Assembly: GCA_038087875.1 (NCBI GenBank)
Contig: CM075993.1
Span: 12,154,001-12,218,000, forward strand
From: Malacoraja senta
Lineage: Eukaryota
Direction: 5' to 3'
DNA: 64,000 nt
Shown here: positions 1 through 13,070 of the stretch, piece after piece
How the letters are laid out: the number at the start of each line of letters is the position of its first letter
How positions within the stretch are numbered: position 1 is the first letter of the stretch
Translations under genes and position numbers: made by a program
Notes under the pieces: model-generated
The model's database searches: none
What the model saw: only the letters and a program-made list of their open reading frames with translations
What the model was told of the DNA's origin: nothing

Positions 1-1158
1 TTGACTATTTTTTAGCTTTGAAAAACCCCTTTGTTGCTTTAGCAGTATGTTTGGGATAATTGTCTTGCTGTAGAATGAACCGTCGGCCAATGAGTTTTGA
101 GGCATTTGTTTGAACTTGAGCAGATAGGAGGTGTCTATACACTTCAGAATTCATTATGCTACTACCATCAGCAGTTGTATCATCAATGAAGATAAGTGAG
201 CCAGTACCTTCAGCAGCCATACATGCCCAGGCCATAACACCTCCACCACCGTGTTTCACAGATGAGGTGGTATGCTTTGGATCTTGGGCAGTTCCTTCTC
301 TCCTCCATATTTTGCTCTTGCCATCACTCTGATATAAGTTAATCTTCGTCTCATCTGTCCACAAGACCTTTTTCCAGAACTGTGGTTGCTCTTTTAAGTA
401 CTTCTTGGCAAACTGTAACCTGGCCATCCTATTTTTGCAGCTAACCAGTGGTTTGCATCTTGCAGTGTATCCTCTGTATTTCTGTTCATGAAGTCTTCTG
501 CAGACAATGGTCATTGACAAATCCACTCTTGACTCCTGAAGAATGTTTCTGATCTGTCGGACAGGTGTTTGGGGATTTTTCTTTATTATAGAGAGAATTC
601 TTCTGTCATCAGCTGTGGAGGTCTTCCTTGGCCTGCCAGTCCCTTTGTGATTAGTAAGCTCACCAGTGCTCTCTTTCTTCTTAATGATGTTCCAAAGTTG
701 ATTTTGGTAAACCTAAAGTTTGGTTGATGTCTCCAACAGTTGTATTCTTGTTTCTCAGTCTCATAATGGCTTTTTTGACTTTCATTGGCACAACTTTGGT
801 CCTCATGTTGATAAACAGCAATAAAAGTTTCCAAAGGTGATGGAAAGACTGGAAGAAAGACTAGGTGCTGAGAGCTCCCTTATATCTGTATTAAGGAGGC
901 AATTAAACACACCTGAGCAATTACAAACACCTGTGAAGCATTTGTGTCCCAAACATTATGGTGCCCTGAAATGGGGGGGGACTATGTATAAACACAGCTG
1001 TAATTTCTACATGGTGAAACCAAAATATATAAAAATGGCCTTTAATAAAATCTGACAATGTGCACTTTAACCACATATGATTTTTTCTATTACAAATCTC
1101 AAATTGTGGAGTACAGAGGCAAATAAATAAATGAGGGTCTTTGTCCCAAACATTATGG
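1..1158 (-). mobile_element. Tc1/mariner DNA transposon (IR/DR type): left end plus most of the transposase gene, running off the window start
   Basis: Transposase remnant on the minus strand. A long terminal region carries the direct repeat TGTCCCAAACATTATGG at 945-961 and 1142-1158. The extreme terminus is replaced by a CR1 tail. Confidence 0.9.
5..806 (-). pseudogene. Tc1-family DDE transposase pseudogene
   Basis: ATG at 806 gives MRTKVVPMKVKKAIMRL..., with a frameshift near 700, then the GRPRK motif, WTDETK (first catalytic D), KHGGGGVMAW and QQDNYPKH (second D). There is a premature TAG at 5-7 where Trp is typical. Confidence 0.9.
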
Positions 1159-1900
1159 AAACAGGCCCTTCGGCCCAACTCGCCCACACTGACCAACATG
1201 CCCCAGCTACACTAGTCCCACCTGCATTTGGTCCACATCCCTCCAAACTTGTCCTATCCATGTACCTGTCTAACTGTTCCTTAAACGTTGGAATAGTCCC
1301 AGCCTCAACTACCTCCTCTGGCAGCTTGTTCCATACACCCACCACCCTTTGTGTGAAAAAGTTACCCCTTAGGTTCGTATTAAATCTTTTCCCCTTCACT
1401 TTGAACCTATGTCCCCTGGTCCTTGATTCCCCTACTCTGGGCAAGAGAATAAGCTCTGACCGCCGGCCCTGCAGCCCGGTGCTTCTTGCTGCGGCTCGGC
1501 GGGGACTTTAGGTCTTCGACCACCGGCCTGCGGCCTACACCAACTTGAAGCCGTGGTCTCCGGTGGGGAGGCACCGATTCAGGACTTACTTGGGACTTAC
1601 CTTGTCTGAACATCTGGACGCCCGCAGTGATGACTGCGGAGGGTTGAGGTCCCGACCACGGGGGGAAATGGAGGAGGACTGGCCAAATTGTGTGCCTTCC
1701 ACCACAGTGATGAATGCTGTGGTGGATGTTTGTGTTAAATTTTTATTGTGTATTGTGTGTTCTTTTTTTTATTGTACCGCTGCTGGCAAATTCAGTTCAC
1801 TTGCACTTTATGTGCAAGTGAGGAATAAAACTTGACGACTTGACTTGAGATTCTGTGCTACCCGATCTATTCCTTTCATGATTTTATACACCTCTATAAG
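1158..1900 (-). mobile_element. CR1-type LINE 3' fragment, split by an insertion at 1449-1850
   Basis: ORF 1067..1444 encodes the CR1 ORF2 C-terminus (SRTRGHRFK..FFTQRVVGVWNKLP). The sequence resumes at 1851 (ttctgtgc..cgatctattcc); compare the uninterrupted copy at 45121-45165. Confidence 0.85.
1449..1850 (+). mobile_element. 5'-truncated GC-rich non-coding retroposon (family X) inserted in CR1
   Basis: Stem-loop 1699-1725, terminal hairpin 1797-1821, AATAAA, (CTTGA)n tail. GAGA occurs at both junctions (1445-1448 and 1847-1850). Confidence 0.7.
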
Positions 1901-2164
1901 ATCAATATACTTCACCAATATACTTTATCTAAACTTTTCTCATTTGCCTTCCTTTGGCCCATATCCCTCTAAACCTTTCATATCCATATACTTGTCCAAG
2001 TGTTTTTCAAGTACCTGCCTCAACTACCTCCTCTGGCAGCTTACTCAACGTATCTGCCATCCACTGTGTGAAAAGGTTATCCCTCAGGTTCCTCTTAAAT
2101 CTTTCCCTTCTCGCCCCTTATACTTGATTCACTGACCCTGGGGAAAAGACTGCATTACGAAAGA

Positions 2165-2645
2165 TGCTATAAGTAGGATGTCATTAAGCTGGAAAGAATG
2201 CAGAGATGATATATGAGGGCTGCCAGGACTCAGAGGCCTGAGCTGTAAGAAGAGATTGGTCATGTTGAGACTTCATAGGTTGGAGTGCAGGAAGTTATGC
2301 GGGGATCTTATAGAGGTGTATAAAATCATGAGGGGAAGTTATGGGGTCAGTTATCCAGAGTAGGGAATCAGGAATCAGACGACATAGGTTTAAGGTGAAG
2401 TGGGGATAGATTGAATAGAAACCTGAGAGGCAACTTTTTCCCACAGAGGGTGGTAGGTATATTAAATGAGCTGCTAGAGGAGGCAGTTGAGGTGGGTAAT
2501 CTAACAGTATTTAAAATACACTTGGACAGATAGGAAAGGTTTAGAGGGAAATGGACGGAATGAGGGCAAATGGGACTAAGTTAGATGGCATCTTGGACTT
2601 GGGCCGAACGGTCTGTTTATGTGCTGTATGACTCTGTGACTCTAT
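2165..2645 (+). mobile_element. Degenerate CR1 LINE 3' end
   Basis: Decayed RT C-terminal coding signature and a gggccgaa..ctgt..tgactct tail. Confidence 0.75.
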
Positions 2646-3099
2646 TCACCTCTTCAATTCCCTTCATGATCTTATACACCGCTATAAGATCACCCCTCAT
2701 CCTCCTGAGCTGCAAGGAATAATGTCCTAGCCCGCCCAACCTCTCCCTGCAGTTCAGGCCCTGAGCCTTCCACAAACGTACTGATTATGCCCCCCTACAT
2801 TCTCAACCAGGACACTCAACTCACATAAAAGACAAGCCTCACATGTCCCAGCACTAATGTTTAGGGTACACCACTGATTACAGGCTGAAGACGAGTCCCC
2901 ACCCAAAACATCCCCCATTCCTTCCCTCCAGAGATGCTGCCTGTCCCGCTGAGTTACTCCAGCGTTTGTGTCGATCTTACTGATCGTGGGCTTGAAGTCG
3001 GAAACCCCCATCCACCGTGATCCTCTGCCTCCGAACACCAAGCCCATTTTACATCCACTTTGCAACCCTGCATCAAATCCTTCTTGGGATGTGGCACCT

Positions 3100-3403
3100 T
3101 GTTTAGTTTAGATTAGTTGAGAGATACAGCGCAGAAACAGGCCCTTCGGCCCGCCAAGTCCGCTCTGACCGACCGACACTAACACTATCCTACACACACT
3201 AGGGACAATTTACAATTTTTACCAAGCCACTTGATCTACAAAACTGTACGTCTTTAGAGTGTTGGGGGGAACCAGAGGACCCGGAGAAAACCCATGTGGT
3301 CAGAGGGAGAATGTAAAAACTCCGTACAGACAGCACCAATAGTCAGGATCGAACCTGGGTTTCTGGCGCTACGAGGAAGCAACTCTACTGTTACGCCACC
3401 GTG
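3100..3403 (-). mobile_element. tRNA-derived V-SINE (HE1-like)
   Basis: The reverse complement has a tRNA-like head, the V-domain core (gagttt..ttctc..tgggttttctccggg..ggttcccccaac), a CR1-shared tail gggccgaagggcctgtttc and (ctaaa)n. Confidence 0.85.
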
Positions 3404-3707
3404 TTGACCGAAAAAGCCTAACTGAAGAACATATAGACAACATCTAATGGTCAGGTCCATTTTTTAATTTATCTCATCATAAAACTCAATTAAATGTGAG
3501 TCATCTGCACAAAATCACACTGCCTTCTTCGAGTCAGTCCCCCCTGCCTTTCATAAATCCTGTCTCTCACACTCTATCCGACAACCTCCCTGCCACTGAT
3601 AGGATCACTGTTCTGCCATTTGACCGCTGCCCTTTCTGTGCAAGGGGACAATATTAATTACCTCACCTCACCCTTGACAGTGAAGATGTATATCATATAT
3701 AACCATA

Positions 3708-4150
3708 TATGCTGAGAGAATGGAGCAGCTGGGCTTGTATACTCTGGTGTTTAGAAGGATGAGAGGGGATCTCATTGAAACATATAAGATTGTTAAGGGT
3801 TTGGACACGCTAGAGGCAGGAAACATGTTCCCGATGTTGGGGGAGTCCAGAACCAGGGGCCACAGTTTAAGAATAAATAGTAAGCCATTTAGAATGGAGA
3901 TGAGGAAACACTTTTTCACACAGAGAGTTGTGAGTCTGTGGAATTCTCTGCCTCAGAGGGCGATGGAGGCCGGTTCACTGGGTGCTTTCAAGAAAGAGCT
4001 AGATAGGGCTCTTAAAGATAGCGGAGTCAGGGGATATGGGGAGAAGGCAGGAACGGGGTACTGATTGGGGATAATCAGCCATGATCACATTGAATGGCGG
4101 TGCTGGCTCGAAGGGCCGAATGGCCTAACCCTATTGTCTATTGTCTATTG
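3708..4150 (+). mobile_element. CR1 LINE 3' end
   Basis: ORF 3720..4064 ends ..GYGEKAGTGY*, followed by the 3' UTR and a (ttgtcta)n tail. Confidence 0.9.
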
Positions 4151-4354
4151 CCATTCAATCATGGCTGATCTATCTTTCCCTCTCAACCCCATTCTCCTGC
4201 CTTCTCCCCGTAACCACTGACACCCGTACTAATCAAGAATTTAGCAATCTCCAACTTTAAAATATCCATTGACCTGGTCTGCACAGCCGTCTGTGGCAAT
4301 GAATTCCGCAGATTCACCACCCAGTAATCTCATCCCTTGCTTCCCTTGGTATCC

Positions 4355-4625
4355 CAGGCCCTTCGGCCCACCGAATCTGCACCAACCAGCAATCCGCCAC
4401 ATTAACGCTATCCTACACACACTAAGGACAATTTACATTTAAACCAAGCCAATTAACCTACAGACCTGTACGTCTTTGGAGTGTGGGAGGAAACTGAAGT
4501 TCTCGGAGAAAACCCATCACGGGTCACGGGTACAAACTCCGTACAGACCCAAACAAGCACCGGTAGTTAGGATCGAACCCGGGTCTCCGGTGCTTTAGGG
4601 CAGCAACTCTACCGCTGCGCAACCA
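4355..4625 (-). mobile_element. V-SINE (HE1-like)
   Basis: Same head/core/tail organisation as the other copies. Confidence 0.8.
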
Positions 4626-4724
4626 GTTGTGTTGATGTCGCTGTGTAGTTTGTGGATCCCCATCCATTCCACACCGCTACTATTGCCGTCTGGAAAACAT
4701 TGGGGGGTTTTGGTGCTGCACAAC

Positions 4725-5675
4725 ATAACCATATAACCATATAACAATTACAGCACTGAAACAGGCCATCTCGGCACTTCTAGTCCGTGCCGAACACTTA
4801 TTCTCACCTTGCCCCATCTACCTGTACTCAGACCATAACCCTCCATTCCTTTCCCGTCCATATACCTATCCAATTTATTTTTAAATGATAAAATCGAACC
4901 TGCCATCCACTTCCACTGGAAGCTCATTCCACACAGCTACCACTCTGAATAAAGAAGTTCCCCCTCATGTTACCCCTAAACTTCTGTCCCTTAATTCTCA
5001 AATCATGTCCCCTTGTTTGAATCTTCCCTACTCTCAATGGGAAAAGCTTATCCACGTCAACTCTGTCTATCCCTCTCATAATTTTAAAGACCTCTATCAA
5101 GTCCCCCCTGAACCTTCTGCGCTCCAAAGAATAAAGACCTAACTTGTTCAACCTTTCTCTGTAACTTAGGTGCTGAAACCCAGGCAACATTTTAGTAAAT
5201 CTCCTCTGTACTCTCTCTATTTTGTTGATATCTTTCCTATAATTTGGCGACCAAAATTGTACACCATACTCCAGAATTGGCCTCACCAATGCCTTGTACA
5301 ATTTTAACATTATATCCCAACTTCTATACTCAATGCTCTGGTTTATAAAGGCCAGCACACAAAAAGCTTTCTTTACCACCCTATCTACATGAGATTCCAC
5401 CTTCAGGGAACTATGCACAGTTATTCCGAGATCCCTCTGTTCAACTGCATTCCTCAATTCGCTACCATTTACCGGCCTCCAACCTGACAAACAGCCATCC
5501 ACCATTACTCTCTGGCATCTCCCATTCAGCCACTGTTGAATCCATCTTGCTACTCCACCATTAATACCCAACAATTGAACCTTCCACGTGGAACCTTGTC
5601 AAAGGCCTTACTGAAGTCCATATAGACAACATCCACCGCTTTACCCTCATCAATTTCCCTAGTAACCTCTTAAAA
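4725..5675 (-). mobile_element. CR1 LINE 3' portion with an internal deletion; distinct subfamily
   Basis: ORF 4924..5574 jumps from RT (..GWRPV) directly to NGSELRNAVEQRDLG. Its (ttatatgg)n tail differs from those of other CR1 copies. Confidence 0.85.
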
Positions 5676-5763
5676 AAATGGATGAATTTGTGACTCTGTG
5701 ATCAGTCGCAGTATTAGTAACGTCAGATGTAACATCTCCAACAATGGAAGCAACAGGTACCAA

Positions 5764-7570
5764 GTCCCTTGAAGGCAGACACGGGTGAAATTATTATGGG
5801 CAACAAGGAAATGGCAGAAGAGTTGAATAGGTACTTCGGATCTGTCTTCACTAAGGAAGACACAAACAATCTCCCAGATGTACTGGAGGACAGAGGATCT
5901 AAGGGGGTAGAGGAACTGAAAGAAATTTTCATTAGGCGAGAAATAGTGTTGGGTAGGCTAATGGGACTGAAGGATGATAAATCCCCTGGGCCTGATGGTC
6001 TGCATCCCAGGGTCCTCAGGGAGGTGGCTCTAGAAATAGTGGACGCATTGGTGATCATTTTCCAATGTTCAATAGATTCAGGATCAGTTCCTGTGGATTG
6101 GAGGATAGCTAATGTTATCCCACTTTTCAAGAAAGGAACGAGAGAGAAAACGAGGAATTACAGACCAGTTAGCCTGACTTCGGTGGTGGGAAAGATGCTG
6201 GAGTCAATTATTAATGAGGTAATAATGGGGCATTTGGATAGCGGTAAAAGGATTAGTCCAAGTCAACATGGATTTATGAAAGGGAAATCATGCTTGACTA
6301 ATCTTCTGGAATTTTTTGAGGATGTGACAAGTCAAATGGATGAAGGGGAGTCAGTGGATGTAGTGTATCTAGACTTTCAGAAAGCCTTTGATAAGGTCCC
6401 GCACGGGAGACTGGTGACTAAAATTAGAGCACATGGTATTGGGGGTAGGGTGTTGACATGGATAGAAAATTGGTTGGCAGACCGGAAGCAAAGAGTAGGA
6501 GTGAACGGGTCCTTTTCAGAATGGCAGGCAGTGGCGAGTGGAGTGCCGCAAGGCTCGGTGTTGAGGCTGCAACTGTTTACCATATATATTAATGATTTGG
6601 AAGAGAGAATTAGGAGCAACACTAGCAAGTTTGCAGATGACACATAGCTGGGTGGCAGTGTGAACTGTGAAGAGGATGTTAGGAGGTTGCAGGGTGACCT
6701 GGACAGGTTGAGTGAGTGGGCAGATGCGTGGCAGATGCAGTATAATATAGATAAATGTGAGGTTATCCACTTTGGCGGCAAAAACAAGGGGGCAGATTAT
6801 TATCTCAATGGGGTTAGGTTAGGTAAGGGGAGGTGCAGCGAGACCTGGGCGTCCTTGTACACCGGTCACTGAAAGTTGGCTTACAGGTACAGGAGGCAGT
6901 GAAGAAAGCTAATGGAATGTTGGCCTTCATAACAAGAGGATTTCAGTATAGGAGTAAAGAGGTTCTTCTGCAGTTGTATAGGGTTCTGGTGAGACCACAT
7001 CTGGAGTATTGTGCACAGTTTTGGTCTCCTAATTTGAGGAAGGACATCCTTGTGTTTGAGGCAGTGCAGCGTAGGTTCACGAGATTGATCCCTGGGATGG
7101 TGGGACTGTCATATGAGGAAAGATTGAAAAGGCTAGGCTTGTATTCACTGGAGTTTAGAAGGATGAGGGGGAATCTTATAGAAACATATAAAATTATAAA
7201 AGGACTGGACAAGCTGGATGCATGAAAAATGTCCCCAATGTTGGGGGAGTCCAGAACCAGGGGCCACAGTCTTAGAATAAAGGGGAGGTCATTTAAGACG
7301 GAGGTGAGAAAAAACGTTTTCACTCAGAGAGTTGTGAATTTATGGAATTCCCTGCCACAGAGGGCAGTGGAGACCAAGTCACTGGATGGATTTACGAGAG
7401 AGTTAGATAGAGCTCTAGGGGCTAGTGGAGTCAAGGGATATGGGGAGAAGGCAGGCACGGGTTATTGATAGGGGACGATGAGCCATGATCACAATGAATG
7501 GCGGTGCTGGTTCGAAGGGCCGAATGGCCTCTTCCTGCACCTATTTTCTATGTTTCTATGTTTCTATGTT
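5764..7570 (+). mobile_element. 5'-truncated CR1 LINE, RT domain and 3' end, pseudogenised
   Basis: ORFs 5769..6647 ([39 protein letters not shown]), 6660.., 6833.. and 7229.. are broken by stops and frameshifts. (tttctatg)n tail. Confidence 0.95.
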
Positions 7571-8082
7571 TATAAGTCACCAACACAACCTACCAAACAC
7601 AACTAATCTCAAAGAGCAAAGACACAAATTGCTGGAGTAACTCAGTGGGTCAGGCAGGCATCCTTGGAGGACATGAATAGGTGTCGTTTTGAGTCAGGAA
7701 CCCTCTTCAGACTGATTGCAGGAGTTTGAAGTTGATTGGAGGCAGAAGAAGGGTCCTGAAACGTCAGGGATGTTCACACTGAAGATAGACACCAAATCCT
7801 GGAGTAACACAGTGACACATCTCTGAATGGAAGGAATGGGTGACGTTTCGGGTCAAGACCCTTCTTCAGAGATGTCACTTAACTCGCTGAGTCACACTAA
7901 TTACACTGTCTTTCCTTGCTTCTAAATCTCGATGAGGATGGCTTATTGTTGGCCATAACTGGAACGCATCTGTGTCTAAAGAAACTGTGCTGTGAATTCA
8001 AGCTTCTCTGATACACTTGTTATTTATACAGGGGGTGTGGGCTTCCAGACTGAGCCAGCATTTCATTGCCTGTTCCCAATGG

Positions 8083-8378
8083 ACGGCAAAGTGGTGCAGC
8101 GGTAGAGTTGCTGCCTTACAGCGCCAGATACTGGGTTCCATCCTGACTCTTTACGCAGTTGTATGTTCTCCCTGTGACTGCCTGGGTTTTTTCCTGAGTG
8201 CTCCGGTTTCCTCCCACACTCCAAAGACATACAGATTTGTAGGTTAATTAGTTTTGGTAAAATTGTAAATTACCCCTAGTGTGTAGGGTAGTGCTAATGT
8301 GTGGGGATTGCTGGTCGGTGTGGACTTGATGGGCCGAAGGGCCTGTTTCTGTGCTGTATCTCAATGTTTAAAGTCTAA
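8083..8378 (+). mobile_element. V-SINE (HE1-like)
   Basis: gtggtgcagcggtagagttgctgccttacagc head, V-domain core, CR1-like tail. Confidence 0.85.
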
Positions 8379-8409
8379 AGGGCTTGGAGAAGGTGGTGGG
8401 AAGTGCTGC

Positions 8410-10190
8410 TTCTTTAGGTATGTGAAGAGGAAAAAAATAGTTAACACCAAAGTTGGACCCTTGAAGACTGAAAATGGTGAATTTATTATGGGAACAAGGA
8501 AATGACAGATGAGTTGAACAGGTACTTTTGATCCGTCATCACTATGGAGGGCACAAACAATCTTCCTGATGTACTAGTGGCCGGAGGATCTGGGGTGATG
8601 AAGGAACTGAAGGGAAATCCACATTAGGCAGGAAATGGTGTTTGGATAGACTGATGGGACTGAAGGCTGATAAATCCCCAGGGCCTGATGGTCTGCATCC
8701 CAGGGTACTTAAGGAAGTGGCTCTAGAAATCGTGGATGTATTGGTGAACATTTTCCAATGTTCTATAGATTCAGGATCAGTTCCTGTGGATTGGAGGGTA
8801 ACTAATGTTATCCCACTTTTTAAGAAAGGTGGGAGAGAGAAAACGGGGAATTATAGACCAGTTAGCCTGACATCGGTGGTGGGGAAGATGCTGGAGTCAA
8901 TTATAAAAGATGAAATAGCCGCACATTTGGATAGCAGAAACAGGATCGGTCCGAGTCAGCATGGATTTACGAAGGGGAAATCATGCATGACTAATCTTCT
9001 GGAACTTTTTGAGAATATAACTAGGAAAATGGACAAGGGAGAGCCAGTGGATGTAGTGTACCTGGACTCTCAAAAGCATTCGATAACGTAGGAGATTAAT
9101 GGGCAAAATGAGGCCACATGGTATTGGGGGTAGAGTGCTGACATGGATATAAAATTGGTTGGCATACAGGAAACAAAGAGTAGGGATTAACGGGTCCCTT
9201 TCAGAATGGCAGGCAGTGACTAGTGGGGTACCGCAAGGCTCGGTGCTGGGATCGCAGCTATTTACAATATACATCAATGATTTGGATGAAGGGATTCAAA
9301 GTAACATTAGCAAATTTGCAGATGACACAAAGCTGGGTGGCAGTGTGAACTGTGTGGAGGGATGAGAATGTAGGGTGACTTGGACAGGTTGGGTGACTTG
9401 GTACAAAGTTATCCACTTTGGTAGCAAAAATAAGAGGGCAGATTATTATCTAAATGGTGTCAAGTTGGGAAAAGGGGAAGTACAGCGGGATCTGGGGGTC
9501 CTTGTTCATCAGTCACTGCATCAGTAAGCATGCAGGTACAGCAGAAAGCGAATGGCATGTTGGCCTTCATAACAAGTGGAGTTGAGTATAGGCGCAATGA
9601 GGTCCTTCTGCAGTTGTACAGGGCCCTAGTGAGACCACACCTGGAGTATTGTGTGCAGTTTTGGTCCCCTAATTTGAGGAAGGACATTCTTGCTATTGAG
9701 GGAGTGCGGCATATGTTTACAAGGTTAATTCCCGAAATGGCGGGACTGTCAAATGCTGAGAGAATGGAGTGGCTGGGCTTGTATACTGGAATTTAGAAGG
9801 ATGAGAGGATATCTTATTGAAACATATAAGATGATTAAGGGTTTGGACACGCTAGAGGCAGGAAACATGTTCCCGATGTTGGGGGAGTCCAGAACCAGGG
9901 GCCACAGTTTAAGAATAAGGAGTAAGCCATTTAGAACGGAGATGAGGAAACACTTTTTCTCACAGAGAGTGGTGAGTCTGTGGAATTCTCTGCCTCAGAG
10001 GCAGGTTCTCTGGATACTTTCAAGAGAGAGCTCGATAGGGCTCTTCAAGATAGCGGAGTCAGGAGATATGGGGAGAAGGCAGGAACGGGGGTACTGATTG
10101 GGGATGATCAGCCATGATCACATTGAATGGCGGTGCTGGCTCGAAGGGCCGAATGGCCTACTCCTGCACCTATTGTCTATTGTCTGTTGT
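8410..10190 (+). mobile_element. 5'-truncated CR1 LINE, RT domain and 3' end, pseudogenised
   Basis: ORFs 8642..9091, 9159..9365 ([13 protein letters not shown]), 9530.. and 9753..; (ttgtcta)n tail. Confidence 0.95.
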
Positions 10191-10829
10191 CCTGGAGATG
10201 TGAATATGCTCAGTGGTGTTATGGAGGGAGCTCCAGCTCTTTGATTCAGTGAGAGTGAAGGAAATGCGATATACATCTAGGTTAGGATGGTGAGTGGCTT
10301 AGAGGACAACTTCCAGGTGGTAGCGTCCCCATGCTGCCCCTGCCCCTGCCCCCCGAGCTGCTGGAGGTGTAGGAAGGAACTGGAGATGCTGGTTTAAACT
10401 GAAGATAGACACAAAAAGCTGGTGTAACTCAGCGGGCCAGACAGCATCTCTGGAGAAAAGGAATAGGTGACGTCTTGGGTCGAGACCCTTCTTCAGTAGA
10501 GGTGATGGACGTAGAAGGTGCTGGGTAAGATGTTTTTGCCGAGTTGTTGCAGTGCATCTTGTGGATGGTACAAACTGCAGTGCAGTGGGTTAGTGGTGGA
10601 GTGAGCAAATGGTGGTGAATGGGGTGACAATTGAACCAGTTGCTGTGTCCTGAGCTACAGGAACTCTGTTGAAGACAAATACATTCTATTACACGCCTGC
10701 ATCAAGCCCTGTCAATGGTGGATTGACTTTGGTGAGTTACAACCCACGGTTTTAGGATATTTCCCCAGGAGGTCTCAGTCTGAGTTACCGAGGCATCCAG
10801 GTTATGGATTGCTCACATCTATATTTAGA

Positions 10830-11660
10830 TATGAATTCACCACTTACACCTCAGACTTCAGATATATCTCGGACTCCTGCCACCTGCAGAGGTTTACGGA
10901 GGACTCTGCAATTGTGGGCTGCATCAGTGAGGGGAGGGAAGCTGAATACAGTGGTGTTGTCAACGACTTTGTTGAGTGATGTGGGCTGAATCACCTGCAG
11001 CTCAACACCAACAAGACTAAGGAGTTAGTGGTGGACGTTAGGAGGAGAGGAACACCCCTGTCCCCTGTCTCCATCAATGGTGTGGATGTGCAGTTTACCA
11101 GGGAGTACAAATACCTTGGAGTGTACCTGGACAGTAAACTGGACTGGTCCAGGAACGCTGAGGCCCTGTACAAGAAGGGACAGGGCCGGCTGTACATTTT
11201 GAGAAGGCTCCTCTTCTTCAACATCTGCAGTAAGATGCTACAGATGTTCTACCAATCAGTGGTAGCCAGTGCCATCTTCTTCACTGCCGTGTGCTGGGGC
11301 AGCAGGGCGAAGTCCGCGGACGCCAATAGGATCAACAAACTCATCAGGAAAGCTGGCTCCATCCTGGGGGTGGAGTTGGATTCATGGGAGGTTGGTCTTG
11401 GAGGGGAGGATGCTCCTCAAACTGCGGAGCATCCTGGACAATACAGCTCACCCCCTCCATGACACACTGGTCAACCTATAGCAATCAAACCCCTCCCCCT
11501 ACGGTCATGGGGTAGGCTGGCTCACCCCCCCCCCCCTCCCCATCCTTTCCACTCATCACTTTAATTTCATGATTAATGTATCTTGTGTTTTATAACCGTT
11601 GGCAGATCAAATTCCCTCTTGGATAAATAAAGTTCGACTGTATCATATCGTATTGAATTG
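10830..11660 (+). mobile_element. Rex1/Babar-type LINE 3' fragment
   Basis: LQLNTNKTKELVVD..YKYLGVYLDSKLDW..KKGQGRLYILRRL..FYQSVVASAIFF..VCWG, then a 3' end tccctcttggataaataaag with a short tandem tail. Confidence 0.8.
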
Positions 11661-11734
11661 CCACATATACAGGGACAATTCAGATGTGAAAAAGCTGAAG
11701 GCTCCCACCAAAAGCTTTGTAGAAACTGGTAGTA

Positions 11735-12355
11735 AAACCTTCCGCTGCAACCGCAGGAGATGCTACACCTGTCACTGTACCTCCTCCCTCGACTCTGTCT
11801 GCGGACCCCGACAGTCCCTTCAGGTCAGGCAGAGGTTCACTTGCACCTCCTCCAACCTCATCTACTGTATTCATTGTTCAAGATGTGGACTCTTATATAT
11901 CGGTGAGACCAAACGTAAACTGGGCGATCGTTTCACTGAACACCTTCGTTCAGTCCACATGGACCTTCCTGATCTCCCGGTTGCCAAACCCTTTAATTCC
12001 CCTTCCCATTCCCACACTGACCTTTCTGTCCTAGGCTTCCATTGTCGGAGTGAGGCCAAACGCAAATTGGCGGAACAGTATTGCATATTTTGCTTGGGCT
12101 GCTTACAACCCAGTGGTATGAATATTAATTTCTCTCACTTCAAGTTGAGTCATTATCTGTACTCGTTGTAACCTAACAGCTAATCTTTCATTCATTTATT
12201 CTATATCTCTCTACATCACCATCTATATCTCTTGTTTCCATTATCCCCTAACTCTCAGTCTGAAGAAGGGTCTCCACCCAAAACGTCACCTATTCCATTT
12301 CTCCACAGATGCTGTCTGACCCGCTGAGTTACTCCAGCTTTTTGTGTCTATCTTG
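11735..12355 (+). mobile_element. Penelope-like element 3' part: GIY-YIG endonuclease plus terminal repeat
   Basis: ORF 11599..12171 contains FTCTSSNLIYCIHCSRCGLLYIGETKRKLGDRFTEH (GIY-YIG). It is followed by the ctgaagaagggtc..aaacgtcacc terminal motif. Confidence 0.9.
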
Positions 12356-13070
12356 GAGTATTTGAGCTAGACAGCTTGGAAACATGCCCTAACCGAGCTC
12401 GACCCACTTCCCTGCATCTGGCCCTTATTCACTTCCCTATCTGTGCACTGGCATCCTCGGAAATCCTCGTAAATCTATTTTTGCACCCTCTCCAGTTTAA
12501 TGACATCTTTCCAATAGCGGAGTGAACAGATCTGGACACCATATTCCTAATCTTGCCTTCCCAACATCTAGTACAGCTGTAACATGATGTCCTGAGCCCT
12601 GCACTCAATACACTGACAGTTGAAGCCAAGCGTGCCAAATGTCTTCATCACCACCATGTACCTCGTTGCCACTTTCATGGAATTATATACATCACGCCTA
12701 GATCTCTCTGTTCTACAACATCCCCCAGGGCCCGACCTATTACGCTGTGAGTCCTGCCTTGGTGTGTCTTACCACATCGCAACATCACGCCATTTATCTG
12801 AAGTACATCTCATCTGTTATTGCTCTGCCCCTTGGCCCACTTTATCAAGTTGTATCAAATAAATCCTGTAGTAATTACAGATAACTTTTCTTCACGGCCT
12901 AGCGTACCACCATGTTACCCACAAACCTGCCAACCTTGCCACCTACACTCACATATGATTGAAGGGTCGAGACGGCAAGTTAAGAAGGAAATCAGAAGGA
13001 CAAACAAGGGCAGGAGGGAGGACAGGCAGGTAATATTTACGGAAATCCAATGTATTATAAGTACATTTTA

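Noticed and set aside
11599..12171. GIY-YIG ORF as a host nuclease or homing endonuclease
   Set aside because: The N-terminus is a LINE tail read through. The domain is followed by the Penelope terminal repeat and recurs at about 52840-53160.
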